From assembly GCA_964016885.1 (NCBI GenBank), contig OZ024745.1, forward strand, positions 9,052,001 through 9,116,000: a stretch of DNA of 64,000 nt, read 5' to 3'. How positions within the stretch are numbered: the first letter of the stretch is position 1; every line of letters starts with the position of its first letter. Positions 32,735 to 46,414 of this stretch are shown here, piece after piece. The DNA is from Eledone cirrhosa (Eukaryota). The notes beneath the pieces are model-generated. The model was not told the DNA's origin and did not search any database. It was given only the letters and a program-made list of their open reading frames with translations. Made by a program: the position numbers and the translations under genes.

Positions 32735-32739
<5 letters not shown>
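32549..32739 (-). mobile_element. pLTR tail with perfect 52-bp fold-back holding the 3' half of an HHR
   Basis: Arms 32628-32679/32688-32739 with an 8-nt loop; each arm reads TTAGCCGTC-GAAAC-GGC..GCC-GTC-GGGGTC; homologues at 58323-58444, 44298-44345 and 43848-43882. Confidence 0.8.
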
Positions 32740-32774
<35 letters not shown>

Positions 32775-32876
32775 GGTTTGTTGGATAGAACTGGTCACTC
32801 CGTATGGTCAACCTCGATGTAATATTATGGAGAGCACTCAACGTAATGCAACTCACCCTTTTATAATATATATATA

Positions 32877-34550
32877 TCGTTTCTGAAATTGTTCAGCAAG
32901 AATCTTTATCTGAAAACGTGTGTTGAAACCGATATTGTTATACTTTGGGAGGGTCATGTTGCCAATAAGAAACACACGCACCAGTTGCTTTCACTTCAAT
33001 TTATTATAATAAATTTATAAATTTAGGAATTTATAAATTTCCGGTTGGTTGGTTGGTTCCACGACCAGATGATTGTTCATATATTGTCAAAGTTCTTTCG
33101 TCACACATTCTGTGACCTCTTCTTTTCTTTGTTTTTGTGCCTCTCCTTTGTTCTGTCCTACGCCATCTTGTTTTTCTGTGTGTTGTGTGCTTAGTTTGCG
33201 CATGTGTTATATCCGGGTGTCTGTGTGTGTTTATATTTGTTTATTTATTTGTTTATTTACATGTTACTGGTTGGTTGTTTGTTCTATGTGTGTGTGTGTT
33301 TTCATTTTGTCCTTAATTGTAAGTTGTGATATTGCTGTTCCATTCATGTTTTCTATTTAATTTTGGTTGGAGTTCATTTATGTTTATTGCCTCTGTGATT
33401 TGTCTAAACATTGCGTCTTTTCTGTGTGTAGATTCTATTTTTATTTCTATGTTCTCTAATTTACCCTTATGTTCTATTTTAGCATGTTGGTAGAGTACAG
33501 ATGATTCTTTACTATCTTGAAGCTCTCGCCAGTGTTCATTTATCCGTTCCCCTATACTACGAGCTGTCTCACCTATGTACACTATATTCTTATCTCTACA
33601 TTGTCCTTCAGTACATCTTATGTTATTTACTACATTTCTAGTTTTACAGTTAACATGGGGGCTTAATTTACGGATTATACATTTCTTATCTATACCGGGA
33701 GGTCTTTGAAAAGGGTATGTATTGCTAATAAGTGTTTTTATGGAGGTACCTGGTCTTTCTACTATCTTAATATTGAGTTTATGTTTATCTAGGGCCCTTC
33801 TAAATTTGTAAGCTAATTCACCTCTAAGGGTTGTATCGATGAACATTACACTCTGGTATTTATTGCTATCATACCATGAGTTTATTCTATTAACCTTATT
33901 CCTAGTTCTTTCTATTCCAAAATTTGCTCCTATGCAAGGGGCAGGTCCCATTTGTGTCATTATTTACCATTTTATCCCATTTGGTTCTGGCTCCTCTATA
34001 TACTCTCATTTTATCTCTCTGATTGTAACCAGAGAACTGCATACGGTGGATGAAGTGTTGTATGTGTCTCTCTAGTTCTTTCGGGTTGCACATGCGGGAC
34101 ACGTTTCTCATCACCCGTACCAAATCCGCAATCAGTATGTTGATTTTGGTATGGTCCGAAACAGCTGAGTTTCGGTGGATCAGGTATTTGGAAGTCATGG
34201 GTTTGGCATAATGGGAATGGAGGATTTGTTTTTTGTTATTGATGGTATCTAACTAGAGCTCTGCGTCTAGTACAGGTAATCGATGGTTGGGGTGTTTGCT
34301 TGGGTAGTCTATAGTAACTCTAATACTCTGCTGGATGGAGTTAGCTATTTGCTGGATGCTTTCCGTGGTGTTTTTCTCTAATTCCTGACTGTTCTCTAGT
34401 GGAGGTGTTTTTACTACGATGTTTATATCATCAACGTAGCGGGAGTACATTATCAGGGTTAAGGGGTTACTGTCTTCTAATTGTTCTTTAAGTTTAAGTT
34501 TAAGTCTATTGTCCCACCATAGCATGAATAGGTTAGCTATGTCACCTGCA
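32877..34550 (-). mobile_element. Penelope-like retroelement, Nematis-like (tentative clade), 5'-truncated and disrupted
   Basis: GDIANLFMLWWD, YSRYVDD, LPVLD and KPMTSK; GIY-YIG NVV...YIGETARSIGERINEH, RQITEA and LNRKHEW (ORFs 34253-34525, 33902-34198, 33313-33960). Confidence 0.9.
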
Positions 34551-34567
34551 GAATAGGTTAGCTATGT

Positions 34568-35240
34568 CAAAACTAGAAATGTAGTATATAGCATAAGATG
34601 TACTGAAGGACAATGTAGAGATAAGAATATAATGTATATAGGTGAGACAGCTCGTAGTATAGGGGAACGGATAAATTAACACTGGCGAGAGCTTCAAGAT
34701 AGTAAAGAATCATCTGTACTCTACCAACATGCTAAAATAGAACATAAGGGTAAATTAGAGAACATAGAAATAAAAATAGAATCTACACACAGAAAAGACG
34801 TAATGTTTAGATAAATCACAGAGGCAATAAACATAAATGAACTCCAACCAAAATTAAATAGAAAACATGAATGGAACAGCAACATCACAACTTACAATTA
34901 AGGACAAAATGAAAACACACACACACATAGAACAAACAACCAGCCAGTAACAAGTAAATAAACAAATAAATAAACAAATATAAACACACACAGACACCCG
35001 GATGTAACACATGCGCAAACTAAGCACACAACACACAGAAAAACAAGATGGCGTAGGACAGAACAAAGGAGAGGCACAAAAACAAAGAAAAGAATCCCCA
35101 GTCACTGAAGAGGTCACAGAATGTGTGACGAAAGAACTTTGACAATATATGAACAATCATCTGGTTGTGGAACCAACCAACCAACCGGAAATTTATAAAT
35201 TCCTAAATTTATAAATTTATTATAATAAATTGAAGTGAAA
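34568..35240 (+). mobile_element. Inverted partial duplicate of the PLE 3' end (endonuclease + pLTR)
   Basis: Reverse complement of about 32989-33647; an inverted 5' segment is a known PLE feature. Confidence 0.93.
35101..35143 (+). ncRNA. Minimal type I hammerhead ribozyme
   Basis: GTCA-CTGAAGA-G GTCACA gaatg TGTGAC-GAAA-GAAC-TT-TGAC. Confidence 0.85.
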
Positions 35241-35257
35241 TATATATATATATATAT

Positions 35258-35296
<39 letters not shown>

Positions 35297-35301
<5 letters not shown>

Positions 35302-35398
35302 TATGTGGAATGCTCAGCCACTTGCATGTTAATTTCATGAGCAATCTGTGCCTTTGATCGAACAACTAGAGCACTTATCGTCGAGACCGACTGAGGTC
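35297..35398 (+). mobile_element. SINE 3' tail fragment (same family as 43012-43277)
   Basis: GTTAATTTCA(T/C)GAGC...TTGATC...TCGTCG...ACCGA is shared with 43223-43277. Confidence 0.6.
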
Positions 35399-35576
35399 CA
35401 GTCCGTCCCACATAACAGATATTCCCCCACCCCGGGAGCAAAGATACTGTTGTCACCCCTACCTTAATTAACATGTATGATTGGCCAGAGGAAATGTTGT
35501 TTTCCTTCACACCTTTGCCCGAGGGGTGGGGATGACTCTGCTCCCTCACATCCTTCTTGATATTACATTCCTTCAC

Positions 35577-35812
35577 TTTATCTTTTCATACCACCCGCCT
35601 GAAACCGCCCCGATTTTATGATTCAAAAGTATTTGTTGTAATTTACTCCTTTAATAACTTTAAGTAAAACACCTTTGTTATGTTATGTTCCAATTTAATA
35701 ATGAAAATGTAAGTAATATTATTAAATCCCTCGAAATTCTTGATTATTTTCAAAATGATTTGAAAATCATAGGCAGTGTCTTTCATTAAAAATATGGTAA
35801 CGAAAAGGTTAA
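35577..35812. mobile_element. Degenerate MITE, possibly TTAA-specific (piggyBac-like)
   Basis: Ends TTTATCTTTTCATACC / GGTAACGAAAAGGTTAA; the CCGCCTGAAACCGCC motif recurs inverted near 41920 and 42270. Confidence 0.45.
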
Positions 35813-35864
35813 AGTGTTATATTTATCTAAAAAAACCTTCTATTATAATATATACACATGTATG

Positions 35865-35923
<59 letters not shown>

Positions 35924-36228
35924 CCATATATAGGTAAAAAAAACTTTCAGCCACAACTATAAATATATATATATATATATTTATGGCTGAAAGTTTTTTT
36001 TTACCTATACATATATATAGGTAAAAAAAAAACCTTCAGTCACAAATGAACATGCGTTTTACAACTAGAAAGTTTCTCCTGGGGCACAAACTGGAGCAAG
36101 GTGTTCTTGTTTTTTGTGGAGGACCAGCAGTCACCTATGAATACCAGTCTCCCTTGTCCAAGCCACCGATCTTGACCAAGGAAAAAATGTCAAAGGCTGA
36201 ACACTAGTGACGTCACAACTAAATTTTA

Positions 36229-39200
36229 CAGTATATTTAAACTATGTACACTATATATATATATATATACATTATATTTAAACTATGGTGAACTAGGCGG
36301 TGAATTGGGAGTATCGGTAGAGGGTGCACGCCATACTTTCTTTACGGTCTGAGTTCAAATCCCGTCGAGGTTAACTTTACCTTTCATCCTTACGGGGTCG
36401 ATAAAATAAAGTACCAGTAATGCACTGAGTTATTGCTGGCCTTGTGCCAAAAGTAGAAACAATTATATATAGATTATATTTAAACTATGTACTCTATATA
36501 TATACATTATATTTAAACTATGTACACTATATATACATTATATTTAAACTATGTACATTATATATACATTATATTTAAACTATGTACACTATATATATAC
36601 ATTATATTTAAACTATGTACATTATATATACATTATATTTAAACTATGTACACTATATATATACACTATATTTAAACTATGTACATTATATATACATTAT
36701 ATTTAAACTATGTACACTATATATATACATTATATTTAAACTATGTACACTATATATACATTATATTTAAACTATGTACACTATATATATACACTATATT
36801 TAAACTATGTACACTATATATACATTATATTTAAACTATGTACATTATATATACATTATATTTAAACTATGTACACTATATATATACACTATATTTAAAC
36901 TATGTACATTATATATACATTATATTTAAACTATGTACACTATATATATACATTATATTTAAACTATGTACACTATATATACATTATATTTAAACTATGT
37001 ACACTATATATATACACTATATTTAAACTATGTACACTATATATACATTATATTTAAACTATGTACACTATATATACATTATATTTAAACTATGTACACT
37101 ATATATACATTATATTTAAACTATGTACACTATATATATACACTATATTTAAACTATGTACACTATATATACATTATATTTAAACTATGTACACTATATA
37201 TACATTATATTTAAACTATGTATACTATATATATACACTATATTTAAACTATGTACACTATATATATACATTATATTTAAACTATGTACATTATATATAC
37301 ATTATATTTAAACTATGTACACTATATATATACACTATATTTAAACTATGTACATTATATATACATTATATTTAAACTATGTACACTATATATACATTAT
37401 ATTTAAACTATGTACACTATATATATACACTATATTTAAACTATGTACACTATATATACATTATATTTAAATTATGTACACTATATATACATTATATTTA
37501 AACTATGTACACTATATATACATTATATTTAAACTATGTACACTATATATACATTATATTTAAACTATGTACACTATATATATACACTATATTTAAACTA
37601 TGTACACTATATATACATTATATTTAAACTATGTACACTATATATACATTATATTTAAACTATGTATACTATATATATACACTATATTTAAACTATGTAC
37701 ACTATATATATACATTATATTTAAACTATGTACACTATATATATACATTATATTTAAACTATGTACACTATATATATATACACTATATTTAAACTATGTA
37801 CACTATATATACATTATATTTAAACTATGTACACTATATATACATTATATTTAAACTATGTACACTATATATACATTATATTTAAACTATGTACACTATA
37901 TATATACACTATATTTAAACTATGTACACTATATATACATTATATTTAAACTATGTATACTATATATATACACTATATTTAAACTATGTACACTATATAT
38001 ATACATTATATTTAAACTATGTACACTATATATATACATTATATTTAAACTATGTACACTATATATATATATACACTATATTTAAACTATGTACACTATA
38101 TATATACATTATATTTAAACTATGTACACTATATATACATTATATTTAAACTATGTACACTATATATATACATTATATTTAAACTATGTACACTATATAT
38201 ACATTATATTTAAACTATGTATACTATATAAATACACTATATTTAAACTATGTACACTATATATATACATTATATTTAAACTATGTACACTATATATACA
38301 CTATATTTAAACTATGTACACTATATATATACATTATATTTAAACTATGTACACTATATATACATTATATTTAAACTATGTAAACTATATATATACATTA
38401 TATTAAAACTATGTACATTATATATACATTATATTTAATCTATGTACACTATATATATACACTATAGTTAAACTATGTACACTATATATATACATTATAT
38501 TTAAACTATGTACACTATATATACATTATATTTAAACTATGTACACTATATATATACATTATATTTAAACTATGTACACTATATATATACATTATATTTA
38601 AACTATGTACACTATATATACATTATATTTAAACTATGTACACTATATATATATACACTATATTTAAACTATGTACACTATATAAATACTATATATACAC
38701 CATATGTACAGTATATATATACATTATATTTAAACTATGTACACTATATATACATTATATTTAAACTATGTACACTATATATACATTATATTTAAACTAT
38801 GTACACTATATATATATACATTATATTTACATTATATTTAAGCTATGTACACTATATATACATTATATTTAAACTATGTACACTATATATATACATTATA
38901 TTTAAACTATGTACACTATATATATACATTATATTTAAACTATGTACACTATATATATACATTATATTTAAACTATGTATACTATATATATACATTATAT
39001 TTAAACTATGTACACTATATATACATTATATTTAAACTATGTACACTATATATATACATTATATTTAAACTATGTACACTATATAAACACTATATATACA
39101 CCATATGTACAGTATATATATACATTATATTTAAACTATGTACACTATATAAATACTATATATACACCATATGTACAGTATATATATACATTATATTTAA

Positions 39201-39831
39201 ACTATGTACATTATATATACATTATATTTAAACTATGTACACTATATATATACATTATATTTAAACTATGTACATTATATATACATTATATTTAAACTAT
39301 GTACACTATATATATACATTATATTTAAACTATGTACATTATATATACATTATATTTAAACTATGTACACTATATTTACATTATATTTAAACTGTGTACA
39401 CTATATATATACATTATATTTAAACTATGTACACTATATATACATTATTTTTAAACTATGTACACTATATATACATTATATTTAAACTATGTACATTATA
39501 TTTACATTATATTTAAACTATGTACACTATATATATACATTATATTTAAACTATGTACACTATATTTACATTATATTTAAACTATGTACACTATATATAC
39601 ATTATTTTTAAACTATGTACACTATATATATACATTATATTTAAACTATGTACACTATATATACATTATATTTAAACTATGTACACTATATATATACATT
39701 ATATTTAAACTATGTACACTATATATATACATTATATTTAAACTATGTACACTATATAAACACTATATATACACCATATGTAGAGTATATATACACTATA
39801 TATACACCATATGTACAGTATATATATACAC
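36229..39831. repeat. Satellite array, 31/33-bp monomer CATTATATTTAAACTATGTACACTATATATA(TA)
   Basis: Read directly; interrupted near its start by a SINE. Confidence 0.97.
36288..36466 (+). mobile_element. tRNA-derived SINE
   Basis: B-box GAGTTCAAATCC; body CTTTCATCCTTACGGGGTCGATAAAATAAAGTACCAG; tail GTGCCAAAAGTAGAAACAATTAT; other copies at 50.2, 50.3 and 59.2 kb. Confidence 0.9.
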
Positions 39832-39942
39832 TGCATGTGATGTTGTCCAAGGGAAAGGCAAGGTAAATAAAAATTAAAAAAACAAACACGAAGTAATTAA
39901 TAGATATTTTCTTACAACTCCACAACACGTCGTACACGTGGC

Positions 39943-41769
39943 GGGAGGGTGGGGTGTAGTGTAGGTTATCTGGGAGGGTAGGGTGTAGTGTAGGTTATCT
40001 GGGAGGGTGGGGTGTAGTGTAGGTTATCTGGGAGGGTGGGGTGTAGTGTAGGTTATCTGGGAGGGTAGGGTGTAGTGTAGGTTATCTGGGAGGGTAGGGT
40101 GTAGTGTAGGATATCTGGGAGGGTGGGGTGTAGTGTAGGTTATCTGGGAGGGTGGGGTGTAGTGTAGGTTATCTGGGAGGGTGGGGTGTAGTGTAGGTTA
40201 TCTGGGAGGGTGGGGTGTAGTGTAGGTTATCTGGGAGGGTAGGGTGTAGTGTAGGATATCTGGGAGGGTGGGGTGTAGTGTAGGATATCTGGGAGGGTGG
40301 GGTGTAGTGTAGGTTATCTGGGAGGGTGGGGTGTAGTGTAGGTTATCTGGGAGGGTGGGGTGTAGTGTAGGTTATCTGGGAGGGTGGGGTGTAGTGTAGG
40401 TTATCTGGGAGGGTGGGGTGTAGTGTAGGTTATCTGGGAGGGTGGGGTGTAGTGTAGGTTATCTGGGAGGGTGGGGTGTAGTGTAGGTTATCTGGGAGGG
40501 TAGGGTGTAGTGTAGGTTATCTGGGAGGGTGGGGTGTAGTGTAGGTTATCTGGGAGGGTGGGGTGTAGTGTAGGTTATCTGGGAGGGTGGGGTGTAGTGT
40601 AGGTTATCTGGGAGGGTGGGGTGTAGTGTAGGTTATCTGGGAGGGTGGGGTGTAGTGTAGGTTATCTGGGAGGGTGGGGTGTAGTGTAGGTTATCTGGGA
40701 GGGTGGGGTGTAGTGTAGGATATCTGGGAGGGTGGGGTGTAGTGTAGGATATCTGGGAGGGTGGGGTGTTGTGTAGGATATCTGGGAGGGTGGGGTGTAG
40801 TGTAGGTTATCTGGGAGGGTAGGGTGTAGTGTAGGTTATCTGGGAGGGTGGGGTGTAGTGTAGGATATCTGGGAGGGTGGGGTGTAGTGTAGGATATCTG
40901 GGAGGGTGGGGTGTAGTGTAGGATATCTGGGAGGGTGGGGTGTAGTGTAGGTTATCTGGGAGGGTAGGGTGTAGTGTAGGTTATCTGGGAGGGTGGGGTG
41001 TAGTGTAGGTTATCTGGGAGGGTAGGGTGTAGTGTAGGATATCTGGGAGGGTGGGGTGTAGTGTAGGATATCTGGGAGGGTGGGGTGTAGTGTAGGTTAT
41101 CTGGGAGGGTGGGGTGTAGTGTAGGTTATCTGGGAGGGTGGGGTGTAGTGTAGGTTATCTGGGAGGGTGGGGTGTAGTGTAGGTTATCTGGGAGGGTGGG
41201 GTGTAGTGTAGGATATCTGGGAGGGTGGGGTGTAGTGTAGGATATCTGGGAGGGTGGGGTGTAGTGTAGGATATCTGGGAGGGTGGGGTGTAGTGTAGGT
41301 TATCTGGGAGGGTAGGGTGTAGTGTAGGTTATCTGGGAGGGTAGGGTGTAGTGTAGGATATCTGGGAGGGTGGGGTGTAGTGTAGGATATCTGGGAGGGT
41401 GGGGTGTAGTGTAGGTTATCTGGGAGGGTGGGGTGTAGTGTAGGTTATCTGGGAGGGTGGGGTGTAGTGTAGGTTATCTGGGAGGGTGGGGTGTAGTGTA
41501 GGATATCTGGGAGGGTGGGGTGTAGTGTAGGATATCTGGGAGGGTGGGATGTAGTGTAGGATATCTGGGAGGGTGGGGTGTAGTGTAGGATATCTGGGAG
41601 GGGAGGGTGTAGTGTAGGTTATCTGGGAGGGTGGGGTGTAGTGTAGGTTATCTGGGAGGGTAGGGTGTAGTGTAGGTTATCTGGGAGGGTGGGGTGTAGT
41701 GTAGGTTATCTGGGAGGGTGGGGTGTAGTGTAGGATATCTGGGAGGGTGGGGTGTAGTGTAGGATATCT
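39943..41769. repeat. 29-bp G-rich minisatellite GGGAGGGTGGGGTGTAGTGTAGGTTATCT, about 63 copies
   Basis: Read directly; two frequently varying positions. Confidence 0.98.
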
Positions 41770-42024
41770 ACGACTCTCTCAAGAAGAAGAAGAAGAAGAA
41801 GAAGAAGAAATAGTAACCAATTTTTCATAAGCTGAGGTTTCTTAAATAAAATTATGATTGAGGATTTTAATATAAGAATGAACATTTTAAAATGAGCAGT
41901 TTTCTATCATAAAACCCAGGGGTGGTTTCAGGCAGATTGGTCTCCAGCGTTTCATTAGTAAACTGAAGAAAGATTAATGTCTGAAGTCAGGTGTTTAATC
42001 TAGTTTCCTAAACGTTAAGTGATT

Positions 42025-42226
42025 GAGAATACAAGACTTCCCCCTGATCAAGACGCCAGTCCATCGCATGGTTAAACCCCCTCGGGGTACTCATTTTCTG
42101 CTCAATATACTCGAGCAACGTGAAAAGAAGTGTTTTGCTCATTCAAACAGCACACATCCTGGTCCAGGAATCGAACTCACGACATTACGATTGTAAGTCC
42201 AACATACTTACCACTAAGCCACGTGG
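42025..42226 (-). mobile_element. tRNA-derived SINE
   Basis: Minus-strand A-box GTGGCTTAGTGG and B-box GAGTTCGATTCC, followed by GAGCAAAACACTT. Confidence 0.75.
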
Positions 42227-42556
42227 AAAATTTAAGTATGACCATTTCAAAATAAACAGTTGTGAATCATGGCGGTTTCAGGTGTGTTAAGAAACGGGTT
42301 AATAAAAGTAGAAACAATTATTGATGAGAAATAAAAGTGAAAGTAAATGTAAACTTCTTGTACAATATCGGTGAAGCTGGGGGAAAGATGAAATATTTTC
42401 TCAGAAAAGAAAAATGTTTAGAATTTAAAAAAATAGTTGAAAGTTGAAGAAATTAGAACAGAAACAAAAACAAAACAAAATACAAAATAGAATAAACAAA
42501 AACTAACAAAAACAAAACACCCAAGAAAAGTTAAGATTGAGAATCTCTATTATATA

Positions 42557-42768
<212 letters not shown>

Positions 42769-43011
42769 TGAGTGTTTGTGTGTAATGTCACTGCTACCTG
42801 GTAATACCAATAACGACTTACTGTAAAGATTTGAATTATTAAAGAACACTATTAGTGAAGTCATTCTTCTCTTTATATATATGTATATATGTGTGTGTGT
42901 GTGTGAGTGTTTGTGTATGCATGTATATATAGAGAGAGAGATAGATAGATATGTGTGTGTACGTGTGTGTGTGTGCGCGCGCGCAAAATACGTATATGTG
43001 TGTGTTTGAAA

Positions 43012-43277
43012 GCGCGTGGTTTACGTGTTAGGATGTTCGGCTCATAATTATAAGGTTTCGACAATGCATTGTGTCTTCGAGCAAGACATTTTATTTTACT
43101 TTGGCCCAGTCCACTCAGCTGGAAAAAGAATGACCTGTACCTGTAATTCAAAGGGGTCAGCCATGTCACACAATGTGTCACACCAAAACTCCCTGAAAAC
43201 TACATTAGGGGTTCATATTACACGTTAATTTCACGAGCTGACACTTCCGTTGATCAAATCATGTCGTCGTAACCGAT
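43012..43277 (+). mobile_element. Degenerate tRNA-derived SINE
   Basis: GCGTGGTTTACGTGTTAGG head, TTGTGTCTTCGAGCAAGACA central motif, and a tail shared with 35297-35398. Confidence 0.65.
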
Positions 43278-43322
43278 ATATATATATATATACACATATA
43301 CATACATACATATATATATATA

Positions 43323-43398
<76 letters not shown>

Positions 43399-43431
43399 AA
43401 AAAAAACTCACTTTCTAATATATATATATAT

Positions 43432-43775
43432 ATTAGAAAGTGAGGTTTTTTTACAAAATGAAAAAAAAACGAGGTGTCCTACACGAGTGAAAGTATTAAG
43501 GAAAAAAGATGAAATCAAAAATGCAACTGAGTCTTTTTTTTTTTTAATATATATTTATTTGGTTCCTTTACCGGTTTCGCAGTTCTTCTGCTTTTCAAAA
43601 GTAGAATTGAGATGGAGGGTCTGTGAGTGTTTGTGAGAAAAACCACAGACCCTCCATCTCAATTCTACTTTTGAAAAGCAGAACTGCGAAACCAGTAAAT
43701 ATATATAAACCAAATAAATATATATTTAAAAAAAAAAAGACTCCAGTTGCATTTTTGATTTCATCTTTTTTCCTT
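43432..43775 (-). mobile_element. pLTR tail with ~130-bp fold-back (3' half of an HHR)
   Basis: Arms 43498-43625/43644-43775; GAACTGC-GAAA-CCGG-TA-AAGG on the minus arm; same family as 49672-50031; an extra inverted 25-bp terminus at 43395-43420. Confidence 0.82.
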
Positions 43776-43776
43776 T

Positions 43777-43813
<37 letters not shown>

Positions 43814-43916
43814 TTATTTATATATATATATGAATGTATATATATGTAAGAGTCGGGGCCCTGTTGGTGAGCTCCCGCCGTTATATATATATATAATATA
43901 TATATATATACGTGTG

Positions 43917-43955
<39 letters not shown>

Positions 43956-44074
43956 GTATGTATATATATGTATGTATGTATATATATATTTGTATGTATA
44001 TATATGTATGTTATGTATATATATATATGTATGTATATATTATATATATGTATGTATATATGTATGTATGTTTG

Positions 44075-44107
<33 letters not shown>

Positions 44108-44125
44108 GATATATATATATATGAT

Positions 44126-44182
<57 letters not shown>

Positions 44183-44210
44183 GATATATATATATATATA
44201 TATAATATAT

Positions 44211-44244
<34 letters not shown>

Positions 44245-44259
44245 GAGAGGTATAGAGAT

Positions 44260-44297
<38 letters not shown>

Positions 44298-44396
44298 AGA
44301 GTCGGGACCCAGTGGCTGAACTCCCGCCGTTTCGACAGCTAATTCCAGGACTGCTGAATATAATGGTCTTACTAGTTTAACACTGGTAAAATCGTG

Positions 44397-44447
<51 letters not shown>

Positions 44448-44514
44448 GTGTGTGTGTTTTTATATATATATACAGACAATGAGAAAGAGAGAGAGAGACA
44501 GAGAGAGAGAGACG

Positions 44515-44566
<52 letters not shown>

Positions 44567-44642
44567 CTAGATAAGGTTATTAAGACCATGGTTGAACTGT
44601 CAAACCGGTAAGAGCTCAGCTGTAGGGTAGAAAACCAATATA

Positions 44643-44750
<108 letters not shown>

Positions 44751-45404
44751 GTAAAGAGTATCCTTACCTTGTTAAATGCTGCTGTTTAGTACATTACAGG
44801 GTAAACAAAGTCTTTTGTTTTTCTACAGAAATGTCTTTGTGAAGTGGTATTAGTCCAAAACCTCCCCCCCAAAAATAAACAAAGTACCACAAAACAAATA
44901 GTAAATATTAGTATATATTTGTATATATTAGTATATATTAGTATATATTGTTGTCAACAAAAGTATTGTTTTTGTTTTTGTTCTTTTTAAGAAGTATAAG
45001 TGTGAATATTGCACCAAAATATTTGTTTCCACTTGGTAACTCTGGCTATATCTCCTTGTTTCTTCTGCCCTCGTCAGTGTTAATATTTTCTATATAAATA
45101 TGTACAGGAAAATTTGTGTGTGTGTAGATATGTGTGTCTGTGTGTGTGTGTGTGTGTGTGTTTACAATCGTATCTATGTGTACGTGTGTGTAAAGTAATT
45201 CCCTGTGGATCTTTGATGTTTGTTTGGGCTTTTAGCGTTTTTCTTTTGTTGTTATTTTTTCTCCAATGTTTAAAGACTCAAGAATGGGACGGAGACAGCA
45301 AATGCCGTGTATTTCACTTAATGGAGTTGGCTTCTGTTGGCCACTGTCTTCCTTCCTGCAAGAGAGGGATTCATGCGTGTAACAATCATCCCCTCCCCCA
45401 CCTT

Positions 45405-45536
<132 letters not shown>

Positions 45537-45922
45537 ATTGCGAGAGAGAGGAAGACATGAGGCTGTAGCTGTCGGACCATCAGCAGCCAGTGTCACATTG
45601 AGAATATAACAACATATTCTTCTAATCGATGCAATTGCCAGCTGATTTAGAGGCAGACTACGAAATGATCTGTTATGTTATTAGTATTATAGGACAGAGA
45701 GAGGGAGGGGCAATGGAGAGAGAGAGTGGAGGGGGGGGGGAGTTGAGGGAGGGGAAGAGAAAGCGTATGCACGTATATATATATATATATATAGTTATAG
45801 ATATAGATATATCAACACACACACACAGGCACATACATATATTTATATATATATATATATGTGTGTGTATGTGTGTGTGTATATATATAAATATGTATGT
45901 ATTATACTATTATACATATGTG

Positions 45923-46026
<104 letters not shown>

Positions 46027-46192
46027 TAGATAGAAATATACACGGGTGTGTATGATTGTGTATAGAAGATTATATTAATAAAAGTAATTCCAACTTTGTC
46101 TGATTTACTCGTTTTATTTACAATCCTTTAAAATGTATAATGATATTATAATGAAATAGTATGGTAGAATATTAAATGTTAAGTGTTAATTG

Positions 46193-46227
46193 AACAAGTA
46201 CTTTCATGCTTTCGCAATCTTCAGGTT
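46193..46227 (-). ncRNA. Minimal type I hammerhead ribozyme
   Basis: Minus strand: AAC-CTGAAGA-T TGC gaaa GCA T-GAAAGTACTT-GTT; palindromic AGTACT stem III. Confidence 0.78.
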
Positions 46228-46254
46228 TATATGCTGTGGTGACAGTCAAGTTTG

Positions 46255-46285
<31 letters not shown>

Positions 46286-46326
46286 CAAACGAAAAATCAG
46301 TGATGCATCTAGACTCAGTTTATTGC

Positions 46327-46414
46327 GTGTTACAATTGTTTCGCCGGCAGATAGCTCGAGGCATGATCATTGTGTGGATATGCCTGATTCTACGGCTGCA
46401 GGTTCTTCGGACAC
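46327..46414 (-). ncRNA. Type I hammerhead ribozyme, extended stem II, CCGAAGA core
   Basis: Minus strand: GTGT-CCGAAGA-ACCTGCAG...CTGCCGGC-GAAAC-AATT-GTA-ACAC then AATAAA; 61-nt stem II domain with an internal AGGCAT/ATGCCT hairpin. Confidence 0.72.

Noticed and set aside
36066-36208. Short open frame KFLLGHKLEQG...
   Set aside because: No start codon, no recognisable motif, and only weak splice context.
37187-39877. Repetitive ORFs MYTIYTLYLNYVH...
   Set aside because: They are translations of the 31/33-bp satellite.
45055-45080. Minus-strand CTGACGA...GAAAC
   Set aside because: Stems I-III do not pair.
44767-45357. Minus-strand splice-like signals (AAG|GTAAGG near 44767; TCTCTTGCAG near 45357)
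   Set aside because: The candidate 55-nt exon has stops in all frames and the other gives a short unrecognisable peptide, so no gene model can be supported.
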